A stretch of 64,000 bases of DNA from a virus (IMGVR_UViG_3300010412_000010:14463-78462), one strand, 5' to 3'. Numbered from the stretch's first letter, positions 10,784 through 21,536 are shown. Notes: generated from the letters alone by a model not told the origin. Translations and numbers: made by a program.

Positions 10784-11277
10784 TGTCTATTGATAATAAT
10801 CATGATAAAATTTTGTGTGAAGTTTTTGATATAGACCAAACAAACGAAGACCACGCACAGCCAATTTCCGGCGAAATAATAGAAGCAAACCAAGATACGC
10901 GCGAGCGCGAGAGCGCCCGTGTACCCGCGCGCACGGGGGATTCTCAAATGTCCGCCGATTTGGACGAAGACTATCGTCAGAGCCGTGAAACCATTCGCGC
11001 CACCATTTCGAGAGCCGGTGATGCACTGGAAGATATTTTGGAAATCGCAAAGCTCAGCCAACACCCGCGTGCGTATGAAGTGGCAAACCAACTAATCAAA
11101 AACATTTCTGACATGTCAAAAGACTTGCTGGAAGTACATGCGCGCACAGAAAAAATCAAGAAAGATAAAGAACCCGAACAAGGAAAGAACCCACAAACGG
11201 TCAATAATAATTTATTTGTGGGAAGCACAGCCGACCTACAGAAAATGCTAAAACAACTGAAAGATGGTGGTGAGTAA
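10783..11277 (+). CDS. 16: terminase small subunit gp16
   Basis: 164 aa, the same length as T4 gp16; DEDYRQSRETIRA...AKLSQHPRAYEVANQL resembles T4 EDDYGVVRRNMHF...AKNADSPRHMEVFATL. Confidence 0.75.
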   Translation: MSIDNNHDKILCEVFDIDQTNEDHAQPISGEIIEANQDTRERESARVPARTGDSQMSADLDEDYRQSRETIRATISRAGDALEDILEIAKLSQHPRAYEVANQLIKNISDMSKDLLEVHARTEKIKKDKEPEQGKNPQTVNNNLFVGSTADLQKMLKQLKDGGE

Positions 11278-12923
11278 TGGCCACCAAAGTTACCGATGCT
11301 GCTGGGGTTGAGTATAAGACATACAAAAACAACCCAAACCTAAAGGGCATGTACAACACCGTAGGTTTTACTAAAGAACAAATCGCGGAATATATCAAGT
11401 GCTCAGAAGACCCAATTTACTTCATCGAAAAATATGTAAAAATCATTAACCTAGACCACGGTTTAATGGATTTCAAAATGTTTGATTTCCAGAAAACGAT
11501 GGTTGAAACATATAACAAAAATCGTTTTGCTATTACATTGTGTCCAAGACAGGTTGGAAAGTCGGTCACCGCGATTGCCGGTTTTATGTTGTGGTATGTG
11601 CTGTTCCAAGCGGACAAGAACTGTTGTATCTTGGCAAACAAAGGTTCGCTTGCAAGAGAACAGTTAGGAAGATTGCGCACTGCATATGAAAATCTTCCTT
11701 TATGGATACAACAAGGTGTGCGCACATGGAACAAAGGTAAGATTGAACTCGAAAATGGGTCGTGTGTCGTTGCGGCGTCCACCAGTTCAAGCTCAGTTCG
11801 TGGTAACTCATACAACTTGATTTTCCTTGACGAATTTGCGCATGTTAGTAACAATTTGGCCGAAGAATTTTTTGAGTCCGTTTATCCCACCATTGCTTCT
11901 GGTAAAAACACGAAAGTTATTATTGTTTCTACCCCAAATGGCATGAACCTGTTTTACAAACTATGGACCGATGCAACCGAAGGTAGAAACTCATATGTTC
12001 CGATTCGTGTGCATTGGCAAGATGTTCCTGGTCGTGATGAAGAATGGAAAGAAGAGACTATTGCCAACACTAGCGAAAAGCAGTTTGAACAAGAGCACGA
12101 ATGTCTTTTCTTGGGTAGTGCCAACACTCTTATTTCTGGTCATGTGCTGGCCAGATTGGCATTCCACAATCCATTATCCACTTCAAACAACATAAAATTT
12201 TTCGAAAAACCGGAGCCAGAAAAAAAATACACAATTGTGGTTGATGTGGCGCGCGGTGTTGGATTGGACTACAGTGCGTTTTCTGTTTTTGATGTGACTG
12301 GTTTTCCATACAAACAAGTCGCCGCATACAAAGACAATAAAATTGCACCAATCATGTATCCGCAAATCATCTACAAAGTGGCCAAGATGTTCAACGAGGC
12401 CGATGTGTTGGTTGAGGTGAATGATATCGGTGGCCAAGTTGCCGAAATCTTGTACCATGATTTGGAATACGAAAATGTGTTTTTCACTACCACATCCACA
12501 AAGAAAGGTCAAATTATTGGTGGTGGATTTTCCGGAAATTCCAAGCTTGGGGTAAAAACCAGCCCACAAGTCAAGAACATTGGATGTTCGACCCTAAAGA
12601 CGCTCGTAGAAAGCGATGGATTGATTTTGAACGATTTTGATACGGTGTCCGAGCTAACCACCTTCATTTCCAAAGGAAGCTCATACGCCGCCGAAGAAGG
12701 CAAGAACGACGATATGGCCATGACACTGGTTTTGTTTGCATGGCTAACCACCCAGCAGTTTTTCAAAGATTACATGGAACATGATTTTCGTGAAAAATTG
12801 TTTGAAGACCAAATGAGGATGTTAGAAGAAGAATTGACGCCGGTTGGTATTTTTTCTGATGGAATCAGCGATAGCAGTTTTGTCGATTCTGATGGCACTC
12901 GCTGGACAAGCGCCAAATGGTGA
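11277..12923 (+). CDS. 17: terminase large subunit gp17
   Basis: T4 gp17-type Walker A (CPRQVGKS); C-terminal nuclease-like region. Confidence 0.9.
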   Translation: MATKVTDAAGVEYKTYKNNPNLKGMYNTVGFTKEQIAEYIKCSEDPIYFIEKYVKIINLDHGLMDFKMFDFQKTMVETYNKNRFAITLCPRQVGKSVTAIAGFMLWYVLFQADKNCCILANKGSLAREQLGRLRTAYENLPLWIQQGVRTWNKGKIELENGSCVVAASTSSSSVRGNSYNLIFLDEFAHVSNNLAEEFFESVYPTIASGKNTKVIIVSTPNGMNLFYKLWTDATEGRNSYVPIRVHWQDVPGRDEEWKEETIANTSEKQFEQEHECLFLGSANTLISGHVLARLAFHNPLSTSNNIKFFEKPEPEKKYTIVVDVARGVGLDYSAFSVFDVTGFPYKQVAAYKDNKIAPIMYPQIIYKVAKMFNEADVLVEVNDIGGQVAEILYHDLEYENVFFTTTSTKKGQIIGGGFSGNSKLGVKTSPQVKNIGCSTLKTLVESDGLILNDFDTVSELTTFISKGSSYAAEEGKNDDMAMTLVLFAWLTTQQFFKDYMEHDFREKLFEDQMRMLEEELTPVGIFSDGISDSSFVDSDGTRWTSAKW

Positions 12924-12942
12924 TTTCCCAACAAACCATTTT

Positions 12943-12950
12943 TATAAATA
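12943..12950 (+). promoter_or_regulatory. T4-type late promoter motif TATAAATA upstream of gp18
   Basis: Exact TATAAATA about 60 nt upstream of the gp18 ATG. Confidence 0.5.
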
Positions 12951-13008
12951 CCTGTAGGAACATTCATATACTGAATATTTTTCAGAATTCCTACTAGGGA
13001 GATTTTCG

Positions 13009-15027
13009 ATGGCCTTCTATCTAAGTCCAATTATTGATGTAAATGAGATTGACCTTACCCTTGGGGTTCCGGCAGTTTCAACTTCTATCGGTGCGTTTGC
13101 TGGTCCTTTCGTATGGGGTCCGGTTGAAGAGATTGTAACTATCGCATCCGAAACCGAACTTGCTGCAAGATTCGGCAAGCCAGATAACGACACTGCGGCA
13201 TCATGGTTCAGTGCTGCCAACTTTTTGGCATATTCAAATAACCTGAAAACTGTCCGTGTTGTTGGTTCTCTTGCCGTAAACGCTGGTTCTTCGGGAACAG
13301 GCGTTCTTATCAAAAACGAAACTGATTATGAAAATAAGATTGACGGAATCGTTCTTGATGGCTCAGAATTTTTTGCAAAATATCCTGGTTCTCTTGGAAA
13401 TGGTTTGCAAGTGTATGCCCAAAACTCAGCAAACTATTCTTCATGGACATTCGCTGATGCGTTTGATTCTGCCCCAGCAGCAAACGAAATTCATTTGGTA
13501 GTTGTTGACGGTGACGGTACATGGACTGGTATCGCCGGTAATATTTTGGAAAAATTTGCATTCTTGTCAACTGTTGCTGGTACCCAGTCTTCGGATGGTT
13601 CGAATGTGTACTACAAAGATGTCATCACCCAGCAATCCAGATACATTTGGGTTGGTGGTGGAGCAGACGAAACCGCGTTCACCAATGCAAGCCAAACCAA
13701 TTCAATTTCTTCGGAATCAACTGTTGTTGCTGCACTAGACCCAAGTGTTGTTGCACTGACAACTGACATTTCTGGAACAGATTTGTTGTATGTTACTTTC
13801 GATTCTGGTTCTGGCCCAGTTGAGTTGGTGGAAGGCGTTGACTACACCAAGACAATTAACGCGTCTCCAACACCAGACGAATTGGACTTCACCCTACTGA
13901 ATGGTGGTGCTACCTTCCCAGTTGGCGGAACAATTGCCGTTGTTGTTACCCCAGCAACCATTACGACTACCGCACCTTTCGATGCGGACGATACCTTGGT
14001 TGTTACCATTGGTACTTCTACCCTGGTGGAAGGCACCGAATATAGCAGAACAGCACCAAACATGATTAATATGTTGTTGCCGTTGGAAGTCGCTGGTACG
14101 CTGACAATCAAAAACGAATTCTTTGCAGAATTGTCTGGCGGGGTTGACGATAACATTGGTGTTGATATCACCGATGGATATGAAATGTTCAGAAATGCCG
14201 AAGAGGTTGACATTTCGTTAGTTGTTACAGGCCCAGCCACCCAAGTACAAGCAGAATGGGTTCTGGACAATATCGGCGAATACAGAAAAGACTGTGTGGT
14301 ATTCATTTCCCCAGAAAAATCTGATGTCGTAAACAATCCAGGTGACGAAGTTGCTGATACCGTTGCGTTCAGAAACCAGTTCAATAGCTCTTCATATGGC
14401 TTCATGGACAATAACTGGAAAAAACAATACGACCGATACAACGATACCTTCCGTTGGGTTCCATTGAACGGTGATATTGCTGGCTTGGCCGCATATACCG
14501 ACAATGTTTCCGACCCTTGGTATTCGATTGCTGGTTTTAATCGCGGTCTGGTTAAGAATGTTGTCAAGTTGGCATACAGCCCGAACCAAACTCAGCGCGA
14601 TGAACTGTACAAGAATGGCGTGAATCCAGTGGTTAATTTCTCTGGTCAAGGCACTGTGTTGTATGGCGACAAAACCATGTTGTCTCGCCCAAGCGCGTTC
14701 GACAGAATCAATGTTCGTCGACTGTTTATTGTGTTGGAAAAGGCGATTGCTACAGCAGCAAAATATCAGTTGTTTGAATTCAACGACGAGTTTACTCGCG
14801 CACAGTTCAAGAACATGGTTGAGCCGTTCTTGCGTGATGTTCAAGGCCGTCGTGGTATCTATGACTTCCGAGTTGTTGCCGATACAACAAACAACACACC
14901 GGAAGTGATTGACAGAAACGAGTTTGTTGGTGATATCTATATCAAACCAGCTAGGTCAATTAATTTCATTCGACTGAACTTCATTGCGGTTCGCACTGGC
15001 GTGTCGTTCGAAGAAGTTGGCGCATAA
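13009..15027 (+). CDS. 18: tail sheath protein gp18
   Basis: C-terminal ~200 aa closely match T4 gp18 (KQYDRYNDTFRWVPLNGDIAGL...FDRINVRRLF...RVVADTTNNTPEVIDRNEFVGDIYIKPARSINFIRLNF). Confidence 0.9.
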   Translation: MAFYLSPIIDVNEIDLTLGVPAVSTSIGAFAGPFVWGPVEEIVTIASETELAARFGKPDNDTAASWFSAANFLAYSNNLKTVRVVGSLAVNAGSSGTGVLIKNETDYENKIDGIVLDGSEFFAKYPGSLGNGLQVYAQNSANYSSWTFADAFDSAPAANEIHLVVVDGDGTWTGIAGNILEKFAFLSTVAGTQSSDGSNVYYKDVITQQSRYIWVGGGADETAFTNASQTNSISSESTVVAALDPSVVALTTDISGTDLLYVTFDSGSGPVELVEGVDYTKTINASPTPDELDFTLLNGGATFPVGGTIAVVVTPATITTTAPFDADDTLVVTIGTSTLVEGTEYSRTAPNMINMLLPLEVAGTLTIKNEFFAELSGGVDDNIGVDITDGYEMFRNAEEVDISLVVTGPATQVQAEWVLDNIGEYRKDCVVFISPEKSDVVNNPGDEVADTVAFRNQFNSSSYGFMDNNWKKQYDRYNDTFRWVPLNGDIAGLAAYTDNVSDPWYSIAGFNRGLVKNVVKLAYSPNQTQRDELYKNGVNPVVNFSGQGTVLYGDKTMLSRPSAFDRINVRRLFIVLEKAIATAAKYQLFEFNDEFTRAQFKNMVEPFLRDVQGRRGIYDFRVVADTTNNTPEVIDRNEFVGDIYIKPARSINFIRLNFIAVRTGVSFEEVGA

Positions 15028-15042
15028 TAAAGGAGAAATCGA

Positions 15043-15570
15043 GTGAATATTAATCAATTTAAGGCAGAACTTGTTGGTGGTGGCGCTCGCCCTAACCTAT
15101 ACAAAGTGATTCTTCCGTTCCCTACGGTTGCGCTAACTAGCGGACAAGAAACGAGAAAGATGGCATTCTTGTGTCGTTCTGCCGCACTACCAAGTTCCAC
15201 TATTGGCCCAATCCAAGTTCCATTCCAAGGTCGTGTTCTGCCAGTTCCTGGCGATAGAACATATATTGAATGGTCACTGACAGTATTCAACGATACCGAT
15301 TTCATGCTGAGAGACGCGTTCGAGCGTTGGTCAAATGCAATCAACAGTCATTCAGAAAACTTTAGCTCACTCGATTTGAGCCAGTTGTATGTTGATGGTA
15401 TTGTTCAGCAACTTGGCAGAAAGGGCGAAGTGTTGAAAGAATACAAAATGGAAGGCATTTGGCCGAGTGAAGTTGGTCAGATTGATTTGGCATTTGATAC
15501 AAACGACACCATCGAAGAATTCCCTGTTACATTGCAGGTCACTTCGTGGAGTTCAAACACCACTTCATAA
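15043..15570 (+). CDS. 19: tail tube protein gp19
   Basis: 175 aa; the GGGARPNLYKV N-terminus resembles T4 gp19 GDFARPNLFQV. Confidence 0.85.
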   Translation: MNINQFKAELVGGGARPNLYKVILPFPTVALTSGQETRKMAFLCRSAALPSSTIGPIQVPFQGRVLPVPGDRTYIEWSLTVFNDTDFMLRDAFERWSNAINSHSENFSSLDLSQLYVDGIVQQLGRKGEVLKEYKMEGIWPSEVGQIDLAFDTNDTIEEFPVTLQVTSWSSNTTS

Positions 15571-15637
15571 TGTCCAATAAATATTGACGCACACTGGGGC
15601 GAACAGCCCCAGTGTTTCTTGACAAGGACATATCAAT

Positions 15638-17212
15638 ATGCAAGTTTTCGGATACGACTTTAAGTTTCGAGTATCTAAAAAATCCACCGAAAAACAGGAC
15701 ATCGAATCTGTCAATATTTCTTTTGCTCCACCAAGAAAAGACGATGGTGCAATCGAAGTTCAAACAGACGGCGTTACTGCTGGCGGTGTCGTTTCCTCAT
15801 ATGTAAACATTGATGGCAGTGAGGCCAATAACCAAGACAGTTTGGTTAAGCGATATCGAAAAATGGCGCTTGTTGCTGAGGTGGATGAAGCAATTTCATA
15901 TATTGTAAATGACGCTATTACTATTGGGTCTGTTTTGAAGCCAGTCGACATTGTGCTTGATGGCGTCGATTTGTCGGATGGCGTGAAGAAAAAGATTCGC
16001 GAAGAGCATGATTATATCATGTCATTGCTTGGTTTTTCGTCAAAAGGATATGATATTTTCCGAGAGTTTTACATCGACGGAAGAATTCTTTATCACCAAA
16101 TCAAGGACGAAAAGGGAACAAAACTCGTTGAATTGCGTCGCCTAGACCCACTACACCTTAAGAAGGTTCGTGAAGTTATTAAGAAAAGAACCGAATCTGG
16201 CGTCGAAGTTGTTTCTGGTTATCGCGAATACTACATTTACAACAACCCAACACAGTTCAGATACGGAAGTACCGGACAGGCCGTTATTATTGCACCAGAA
16301 GAGATTATCAATGTTACTTCTGGTTTGATGGATGCCGAAAAGAAACTTGTGTTGAGTCATTTACACAAAGCAATCAAGCCACTGAATAACCTTACCCGAC
16401 TGGAAGACGCCACCGTCATCTATCGCCTCGCGCGCGCGCCTGAGCGAAGATTATTTTATCTGGATGTTGGTAACCTGCCAAAGACAAAGGCAGAGCAATA
16501 TGTGGCCGACATGATGAACAAATACAAGACCAAGATGGTATATAACGCCGTCACTGGTGAGGTTGACAACGACCACGATTACATGTCAATGCTTGAAGAT
16601 TTTTGGTTACCCCGCCGTGAGGGGGGAAAGGGTACTGAGATTTCGACGCTTCAGGGCGGAACCAGTCTTGGTGAAATTGATGATGTGATTTACATGCAGA
16701 AAAAACTGTATAAATCGCTGAATGTACCTATCACAAGATTAGAACCAGAAAACTCAATTTCGTTGGGACGCGCGTCTGACATAACAAGAGACGAACTGAA
16801 ATTTTCAAAATTCATTGACAGGATGCGAAATCGTTTTAATGGACTGTTCTTACACGCGCTTCGCACACAGTTAATATTGAAAAAAATCATTAATGAAAAT
16901 GAGTGGAGCGCCATTTACGATAAGATTCAGTATGACTACATTCAAGATTTTTATATCACAGAAGAGAAAGATGCTGCCATCATGCAGGCTCGATTTGCGT
17001 TGATGGGTGATGCTGAACAATACATTGGCAAGTATTTCTCTGAAGAATGGGCACGGAAGAATGTACTGAGACAAACCGATGATGACATTGAAGAACAAGA
17101 CACAAAAATAGAAGAAGAACGAAAAGCCAAAGAAGCCGCTGGTGTTGCTGATGATAATACCGATGGTGGTTTTGGTGGAGACTCACAACAATTTGGGTTC
17201 GGAAATGAATAA
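15638..17212 (+). CDS. 20: portal vertex protein gp20
   Basis: 524 aa (T4 gp20 is also 524 aa); sits between gp19 and the prohead core/protease genes. Confidence 0.85.
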   Translation: MQVFGYDFKFRVSKKSTEKQDIESVNISFAPPRKDDGAIEVQTDGVTAGGVVSSYVNIDGSEANNQDSLVKRYRKMALVAEVDEAISYIVNDAITIGSVLKPVDIVLDGVDLSDGVKKKIREEHDYIMSLLGFSSKGYDIFREFYIDGRILYHQIKDEKGTKLVELRRLDPLHLKKVREVIKKRTESGVEVVSGYREYYIYNNPTQFRYGSTGQAVIIAPEEIINVTSGLMDAEKKLVLSHLHKAIKPLNNLTRLEDATVIYRLARAPERRLFYLDVGNLPKTKAEQYVADMMNKYKTKMVYNAVTGEVDNDHDYMSMLEDFWLPRREGGKGTEISTLQGGTSLGEIDDVIYMQKKLYKSLNVPITRLEPENSISLGRASDITRDELKFSKFIDRMRNRFNGLFLHALRTQLILKKIINENEWSAIYDKIQYDYIQDFYITEEKDAAIMQARFALMGDAEQYIGKYFSEEWARKNVLRQTDDDIEEQDTKIEEERKAKEAAGVADDNTDGGFGGDSQQFGFGNE

Positions 17213-17579
17213 CGCAATAGAAGAAGTCGCTTCACGGATATCTTGTATGGTTGAAGAAAGCAACCGAAGCAAAATTGAGTCGGATATCATTTTGAAACAG
17301 CTTGGACAAAACAAATTTATCACCATGACCGGCGCTAAACATTTGGCTTATGGTAGCGACAAGCGGGGAAACACCACGCTGAGTATGCAATTGATGCGCG
17401 GAAAAGATGGGATAAATTCATTAACCATTACCTATAACAAGGCAACAGACTCATATGATTTGACCTTTGCCAGAATTCATGGGTCGAACTACACGGTTAA
17501 AAAACAAGTCGATGGTGTGTATGCAGAAGACCTTCGCCGAGCCGTTTCTGATAACACCGGATTGGCACTAAGTCTCTAA
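17205..17579 (+). CDS. prohead core protein (gp67/68-like, by synteny)
   Basis: ATG at 17205 overlaps the portal stop; small protein between portal and prohead protease. Confidence 0.4.
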   Translation: MNNAIEEVASRISCMVEESNRSKIESDIILKQLGQNKFITMTGAKHLAYGSDKRGNTTLSMQLMRGKDGINSLTITYNKATDSYDLTFARIHGSNYTVKKQVDGVYAEDLRRAVSDNTGLALSL

Positions 17580-17582
17580 TTT

Positions 17583-17590
17583 TATAAATA
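17583..17590 (+). promoter_or_regulatory. late promoter motif TATAAATA upstream of the prohead core gene
   Basis: Exact motif 24 nt upstream of ATG 17614. Confidence 0.5.
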
Positions 17591-17613
17591 TTTCGAAACA
17601 CAGGAGAATCGCC

Positions 17614-18099
17614 ATGAGCGAAAAACAACATTCACCAGAATATGAACTCGTGACAAATATTCAGGACGGGAAGGTAGCAGAAAACAAAACACTGTTTTCG
17701 CAGGCTATTTCTACGAAAATTTTCGAAAAACTTGCCGCAAAAAAACAGGAAGTTTCTTCGTATTTTGTCGCCGAAGCCAAATCTACGGAAGATGATGATG
17801 ATGATATGGAAGATGATGATATGGAAGATGGCGAAGATGAGTGTTCTTGCGACGAAATCAGGGAATCCAAAGAAGACCCAATTCTGGCAAAAGTGGCGTC
17901 TGTTATTGGCGATGCCGCAATTGTCGATATGAGAAAACCACTGGAAGCTGCATACAAGAAATCAGCCGTTTCTTTTTCGTTCGAGCCATTTGCTCATTGG
18001 ACAATCAAACACAAAGGCAAAACCATCGTTATCACAAGCAAGAAATATGTTGATAATCCAGATTTGGTTCATGGTGCATTTGCAATCGGTTATCTGTAA
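17614..18099 (+). CDS. prohead core / internal head protein, acidic
   Basis: DDDDMEDDDMEDGEDE acidic stretch; preceded by a TATAAATA late-promoter motif. Confidence 0.4.
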   Translation: MSEKQHSPEYELVTNIQDGKVAENKTLFSQAISTKIFEKLAAKKQEVSSYFVAEAKSTEDDDDDMEDDDMEDGEDECSCDEIRESKEDPILAKVASVIGDAAIVDMRKPLEAAYKKSAVSFSFEPFAHWTIKHKGKTIVITSKKYVDNPDLVHGAFAIGYL

Positions 18100-18113
18100 T
18101 ACAGGAACCAACC

Positions 18114-18554
18114 ATGTCATTTGGGAAAGAATTGATTAAGCACATAGAAGAACGGAATTTCACAGATTTTGCTGACATGTTGTCAGAGAAACTATTTGAT
18201 GAAATTTCCGTGCTTATTGATGAAGAGCGAGAGTTTGAAACAAACAAACTACAGGAAGCAATTCGTCGACTGAATCGCGTAAGAAAGGGAAAAATTCAGC
18301 GCAATGTGAGGGTGTCTGATAAGGCGGGATTTACAATACGGGGCGGAAAGGAAGTTCGACTAAAAGCGACAGAAAGAAGAAAAAGAAGACTGGCTCGAAG
18401 AATAGCAAACAAGAAAATTAAAAGAAAACTTCGCACTGGAACATCGAAAATAAAAAGAAAGCGTTCAGTCATTAAGTCCAGACGCCTATCAAACTCCAGT
18501 GCAACACGCCGCGCATTATCGGCGAAACGAAAAAAACTAAGAGGACGAAGATGA
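18114..18554 (+). CDS. prohead core / internal protein, highly basic C-terminus
   Basis: RRKRRLARRIANKKIKRKLRTGTSKIKRKR tail; lies upstream of gp21. Confidence 0.4.
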   Translation: MSFGKELIKHIEERNFTDFADMLSEKLFDEISVLIDEEREFETNKLQEAIRRLNRVRKGKIQRNVRVSDKAGFTIRGGKEVRLKATERRKRRLARRIANKKIKRKLRTGTSKIKRKRSVIKSRRLSNSSATRRALSAKRKKLRGRR

Positions 18555-19219
18555 TGAAACTTATTACCGAATTAACCGAAGATGTTTCTTATCTAGTAGA
18601 AGAGAAAAACGGCAAAAAGGATTTTTTCATCGAAGGTATTTTCTTGCAGGCCAATATAAAAAATCGCAATGGTCGTATATATCCATCTGCGATTATGGAG
18701 CGTGAAGTAAATAGGTATATCGCCGAACAGGTAAACCAGAATCGCGCTTATGGCGAACTTGGTCACCCAAACACACCAACAATTAACCTAGATAGGGTAT
18801 CCCACCGAATTGTTGAGTTGCGAAAGGACGGCGACAACTATATCGGAAAAGCAAAAATTTCATCATCACCATCCGGCCAAATTGCTCGCGGCTTGATGGA
18901 AGATGGTGGTCGTCTTGGTGTTTCTTCGCGCGGATTGGGTAGCTTAAAAGAGGTTAATGGTGTCCACGAAGTGCAGTCGGATTTCATGCTAAACACCGCT
19001 GGGGATATCGTTGCTGACCCGTCTGCCCCAGATGCATATGTTCGTGGAATCATGGAAGGACGCGAGTGGGTGTGGAATAACGGCTTGCTGAAAGAGGTTG
19101 AAATTGACAATCACCGCAAACAAATCAACGCCGCTGCTGGGTCTGTAAAACCAGCAAAACTCGAAGAAACAATGATACTCGTATTTGAAGATTTTCTTCA
19201 AAAAATACACAAAATTTAA
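18551..19219 (+). CDS. 21: prohead core protein and protease gp21
   Basis: NGKKDFFIEGIFLQANIKNRNGRIYP...GELGHP...RLGVSSRG matches T4 gp21 NGKKNYYIEGVFLQADIKNRNGRIYP...GELDHP...VLGVSSRG. Confidence 0.88.
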   Translation: MMKLITELTEDVSYLVEEKNGKKDFFIEGIFLQANIKNRNGRIYPSAIMEREVNRYIAEQVNQNRAYGELGHPNTPTINLDRVSHRIVELRKDGDNYIGKAKISSSPSGQIARGLMEDGGRLGVSSRGLGSLKEVNGVHEVQSDFMLNTAGDIVADPSAPDAYVRGIMEGREWVWNNGLLKEVEIDNHRKQINAAAGSVKPAKLEETMILVFEDFLQKIHKI

Positions 19220-19223
19220 GATT

Positions 19224-19231
19224 TATAAATA
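19224..19231 (+). promoter_or_regulatory. late promoter motif TATAAATA upstream of gp22
   Basis: Exact motif 11 nt upstream of ATG 19242. Confidence 0.5.
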
Positions 19232-19241
19232 ACTATCATAG

Positions 19242-20099
19242 ATGGCTCTAACCGACTTTAAGTCTTGCAAAGAGGAAATTGAAATGTCAGTAAAAGACGA
19301 AACTCAAATTGAAGAAACCGTTGGTATTACCGCTCTTTTTGACGGTCAAGACCTAACAGAAGAAACCAAGGACAAGATTACTACTATCTTCGAAGCGGTT
19401 GTTTCTGAGAAAGTAAAATCAATCCAAGAGGAAACTGTTGCGCGTCTTGAAGAAGAATATGCAACCAAATTGGAAGAACAAGTCGAGTTAATCCGCGAAA
19501 ATTTGGCAAGTGATGTTGATACCTATACAACATTTGTTGCTGAACAGTGGATGGAACAGAACAAATTGGCTGTTGAGCAAGGCATTCGTACCGAAATTGC
19601 GGAGAGTTTTATTTCTGGCTTGAAGGGCCTGTTCGAACAACACAACATCCAGCTTCCAGAAGAAAAAACCGATGTTATGGTTGAACTTGCAACCAAGATT
19701 GCTGAACTGGAAGATAGCTTGGAAGAACAAATTACTACCAATGCCATTCTGAGCAAAAATTCAAAAGAATTGAAAAAACAACTGAAAATCAACGACCTGA
19801 AAGAAGGCATGGTTGCTACCGATGCGGAACGCCTTGCATCACTTCTTGAAGATGTTGATTTCGAAGATGAAGACAGTTTCATTAAAAAGGCCACCACGAT
19901 TAAAGAGGGGCTTTTTATTGTTTCTTCTGAAACCAATGGTTCGATTGACAGTGAAGTTGACGACTCATTGATTAAGGAAGAAAACGCCGGTTCAGACAAG
20001 CCTTCAAAGATTGAAAGCACTGCATACGACGGCGATATGGCTGCGCTGATTGCTGGGTTCAGCCGAGTTATTGGCAATAGCAAGCAAACCAAAGCGTAA
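19242..20099 (+). CDS. 22: prohead scaffold protein gp22
   Basis: Glu-rich coiled coil; LAVEQGIRTEIAESFISGLKGLFEQHNIQLPEE resembles T4 gp22 LAVDKGIKAELFESMLGGLKELFVEHNVVVPEE. Confidence 0.85.
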   Translation: MALTDFKSCKEEIEMSVKDETQIEETVGITALFDGQDLTEETKDKITTIFEAVVSEKVKSIQEETVARLEEEYATKLEEQVELIRENLASDVDTYTTFVAEQWMEQNKLAVEQGIRTEIAESFISGLKGLFEQHNIQLPEEKTDVMVELATKIAELEDSLEEQITTNAILSKNSKELKKQLKINDLKEGMVATDAERLASLLEDVDFEDEDSFIKKATTIKEGLFIVSSETNGSIDSEVDDSLIKEENAGSDKPSKIESTAYDGDMAALIAGFSRVIGNSKQTKA

Positions 20100-20111
20100 A
20101 AATTTGATTTT

Positions 20112-20119
20112 CATAAATA
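20112..20119 (+). promoter_or_regulatory. late promoter-like motif CATAAATA upstream of gp23
   Basis: Near-consensus motif about 38 nt upstream of the gp23 ATG. Confidence 0.35.
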
Positions 20120-20156
20120 ATTAAAACGGTTAAGAAAACCACTTAAGGAGCAAAAC

Positions 20157-21479
20157 ATGTATCTGTCAGAAGATATCAAGAAAAAATGGCAGCCTATCGT
20201 TGAGCACGAAGCTCTTCCGAAAATTGAAGACCCGTACCGCAAGGCTGTTACCACTATCGTTCTTGAAAACCAAGCACGATTCACCAAAGAAAAAACTGGC
20301 CGCGAGTTGATGGTTGAAGCGACTTCTTCAGACGCTAACAATGTGACCGCTGGTGTTGACAAGTATGACCCAGTATTGGTGTCATTGGTTCGTCGTTCAA
20401 CTCCAAACTTGTTGGCGTTTGATGTTGCTGGTGTACAGCCAATGTCTGGCCCAACTGGTCTGTTGTTCGCTATCCGTGCTCGTTACACCAACCAATCTGG
20501 TGGTGAAGCGCTGTTCGGCGAAGCCAACACAGCACACTCTGGTACTGGCACTCACGCCGGTGACACTTCTGGTTTCCCAGCCGACTTCTTCGGTGTTGGT
20601 GACCCAGCAGTAGGAACCGACAAGGGTGTTGGTATGGATGTGGCTGTTGGTGAAGCAAAAGGTACTGATTCTGGTACCGCGTTCAACCAAATGGCATTCA
20701 CTATTGAAAAAACTTCAGTTGAAGCGAAAACTCGCGCTCTGAAAGCTGAATACACCACTGAACTTGCACAAGACTTGCGCGCTATTCACGGTCTTGACGC
20801 TGAAAACGAATTGGCAAATATTCTGTCTACCGAAATTCTGGCAGAACAGAACCGTGAACTGATTCGTACTATCAACATTTCCGCTAAGTACGGATTTGGT
20901 GGTACTGGTTCATTCGATGCGGCTTCAACCGTATCTGGTGGTGACGCTGATGGTCGTTGGTTCGTAGAACGCTTCAAAGCTGTTCTGTTCCAAATCGAAC
21001 TTGAAGCAAACGAGATTGCCAAATCAACCCGTCGTGGTCGTGGTAACTTCGTAATCACTTCAAGCAATGTGGCTTCTGCTTTGGCAATGGCTGGTATTCT
21101 GGACTACGCTCCGGCAATGTCAACCAACCTGCAAGTAGACGATACTGGCAACCTGTTTGCTGGTGTTATCAACGGCAGAATCAAAGTGTATGTTGACCCA
21201 TACGCGACAATCGACTATGTAACCGTTGGTTACCGTGGTTCGAACCAGTTTGACGCTGGTATCTTCTGGGCACCGTATGTACCGCTTGAAATGGTACGCG
21301 CGGTCGGTGAAGACAGCTTCCAGCCAAAAATTGGTTTCAAAACCCGTTATGGTATCGTGGCCAACCCGTTTGCTACCATTGTTGACCCAATTGCGGGTAC
21401 ACCAGTAGGTGGTCAGAGCGGTCTGGGTGCCGGACAGAACTTCTACTACCGTAAGTTCCGCGTCCTGAACCTAATCTAA
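20157..21479 (+). CDS. 23: major capsid protein gp23
   Basis: KWQPIVEHEALPKI and NLLAFDVAGVQPMSGPTGLLFAIRARY resemble T4 gp23 KWKPLLEGEGLPEI and NLIAFDICGVQPMNSPTGQVFALRAVY; strong terminator downstream. Confidence 0.95.
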   Translation: MYLSEDIKKKWQPIVEHEALPKIEDPYRKAVTTIVLENQARFTKEKTGRELMVEATSSDANNVTAGVDKYDPVLVSLVRRSTPNLLAFDVAGVQPMSGPTGLLFAIRARYTNQSGGEALFGEANTAHSGTGTHAGDTSGFPADFFGVGDPAVGTDKGVGMDVAVGEAKGTDSGTAFNQMAFTIEKTSVEAKTRALKAEYTTELAQDLRAIHGLDAENELANILSTEILAEQNRELIRTINISAKYGFGGTGSFDAASTVSGGDADGRWFVERFKAVLFQIELEANEIAKSTRRGRGNFVITSSNVASALAMAGILDYAPAMSTNLQVDDTGNLFAGVINGRIKVYVDPYATIDYVTVGYRGSNQFDAGIFWAPYVPLEMVRAVGEDSFQPKIGFKTRYGIVANPFATIVDPIAGTPVGGQSGLGAGQNFYYRKFRVLNLI

Positions 21480-21509
21480 TCGAACAATAAGAACGGTTAG
21501 GTGATTTGA

Positions 21510-21536
21510 CCCCCAGCTTCGGCTGGGGGTTTTTTA
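21510..21536 (+). terminator. rho-independent terminator after gp23
   Basis: cccccagc-ttcg-gctggggg followed by tttttt. Confidence 0.8.
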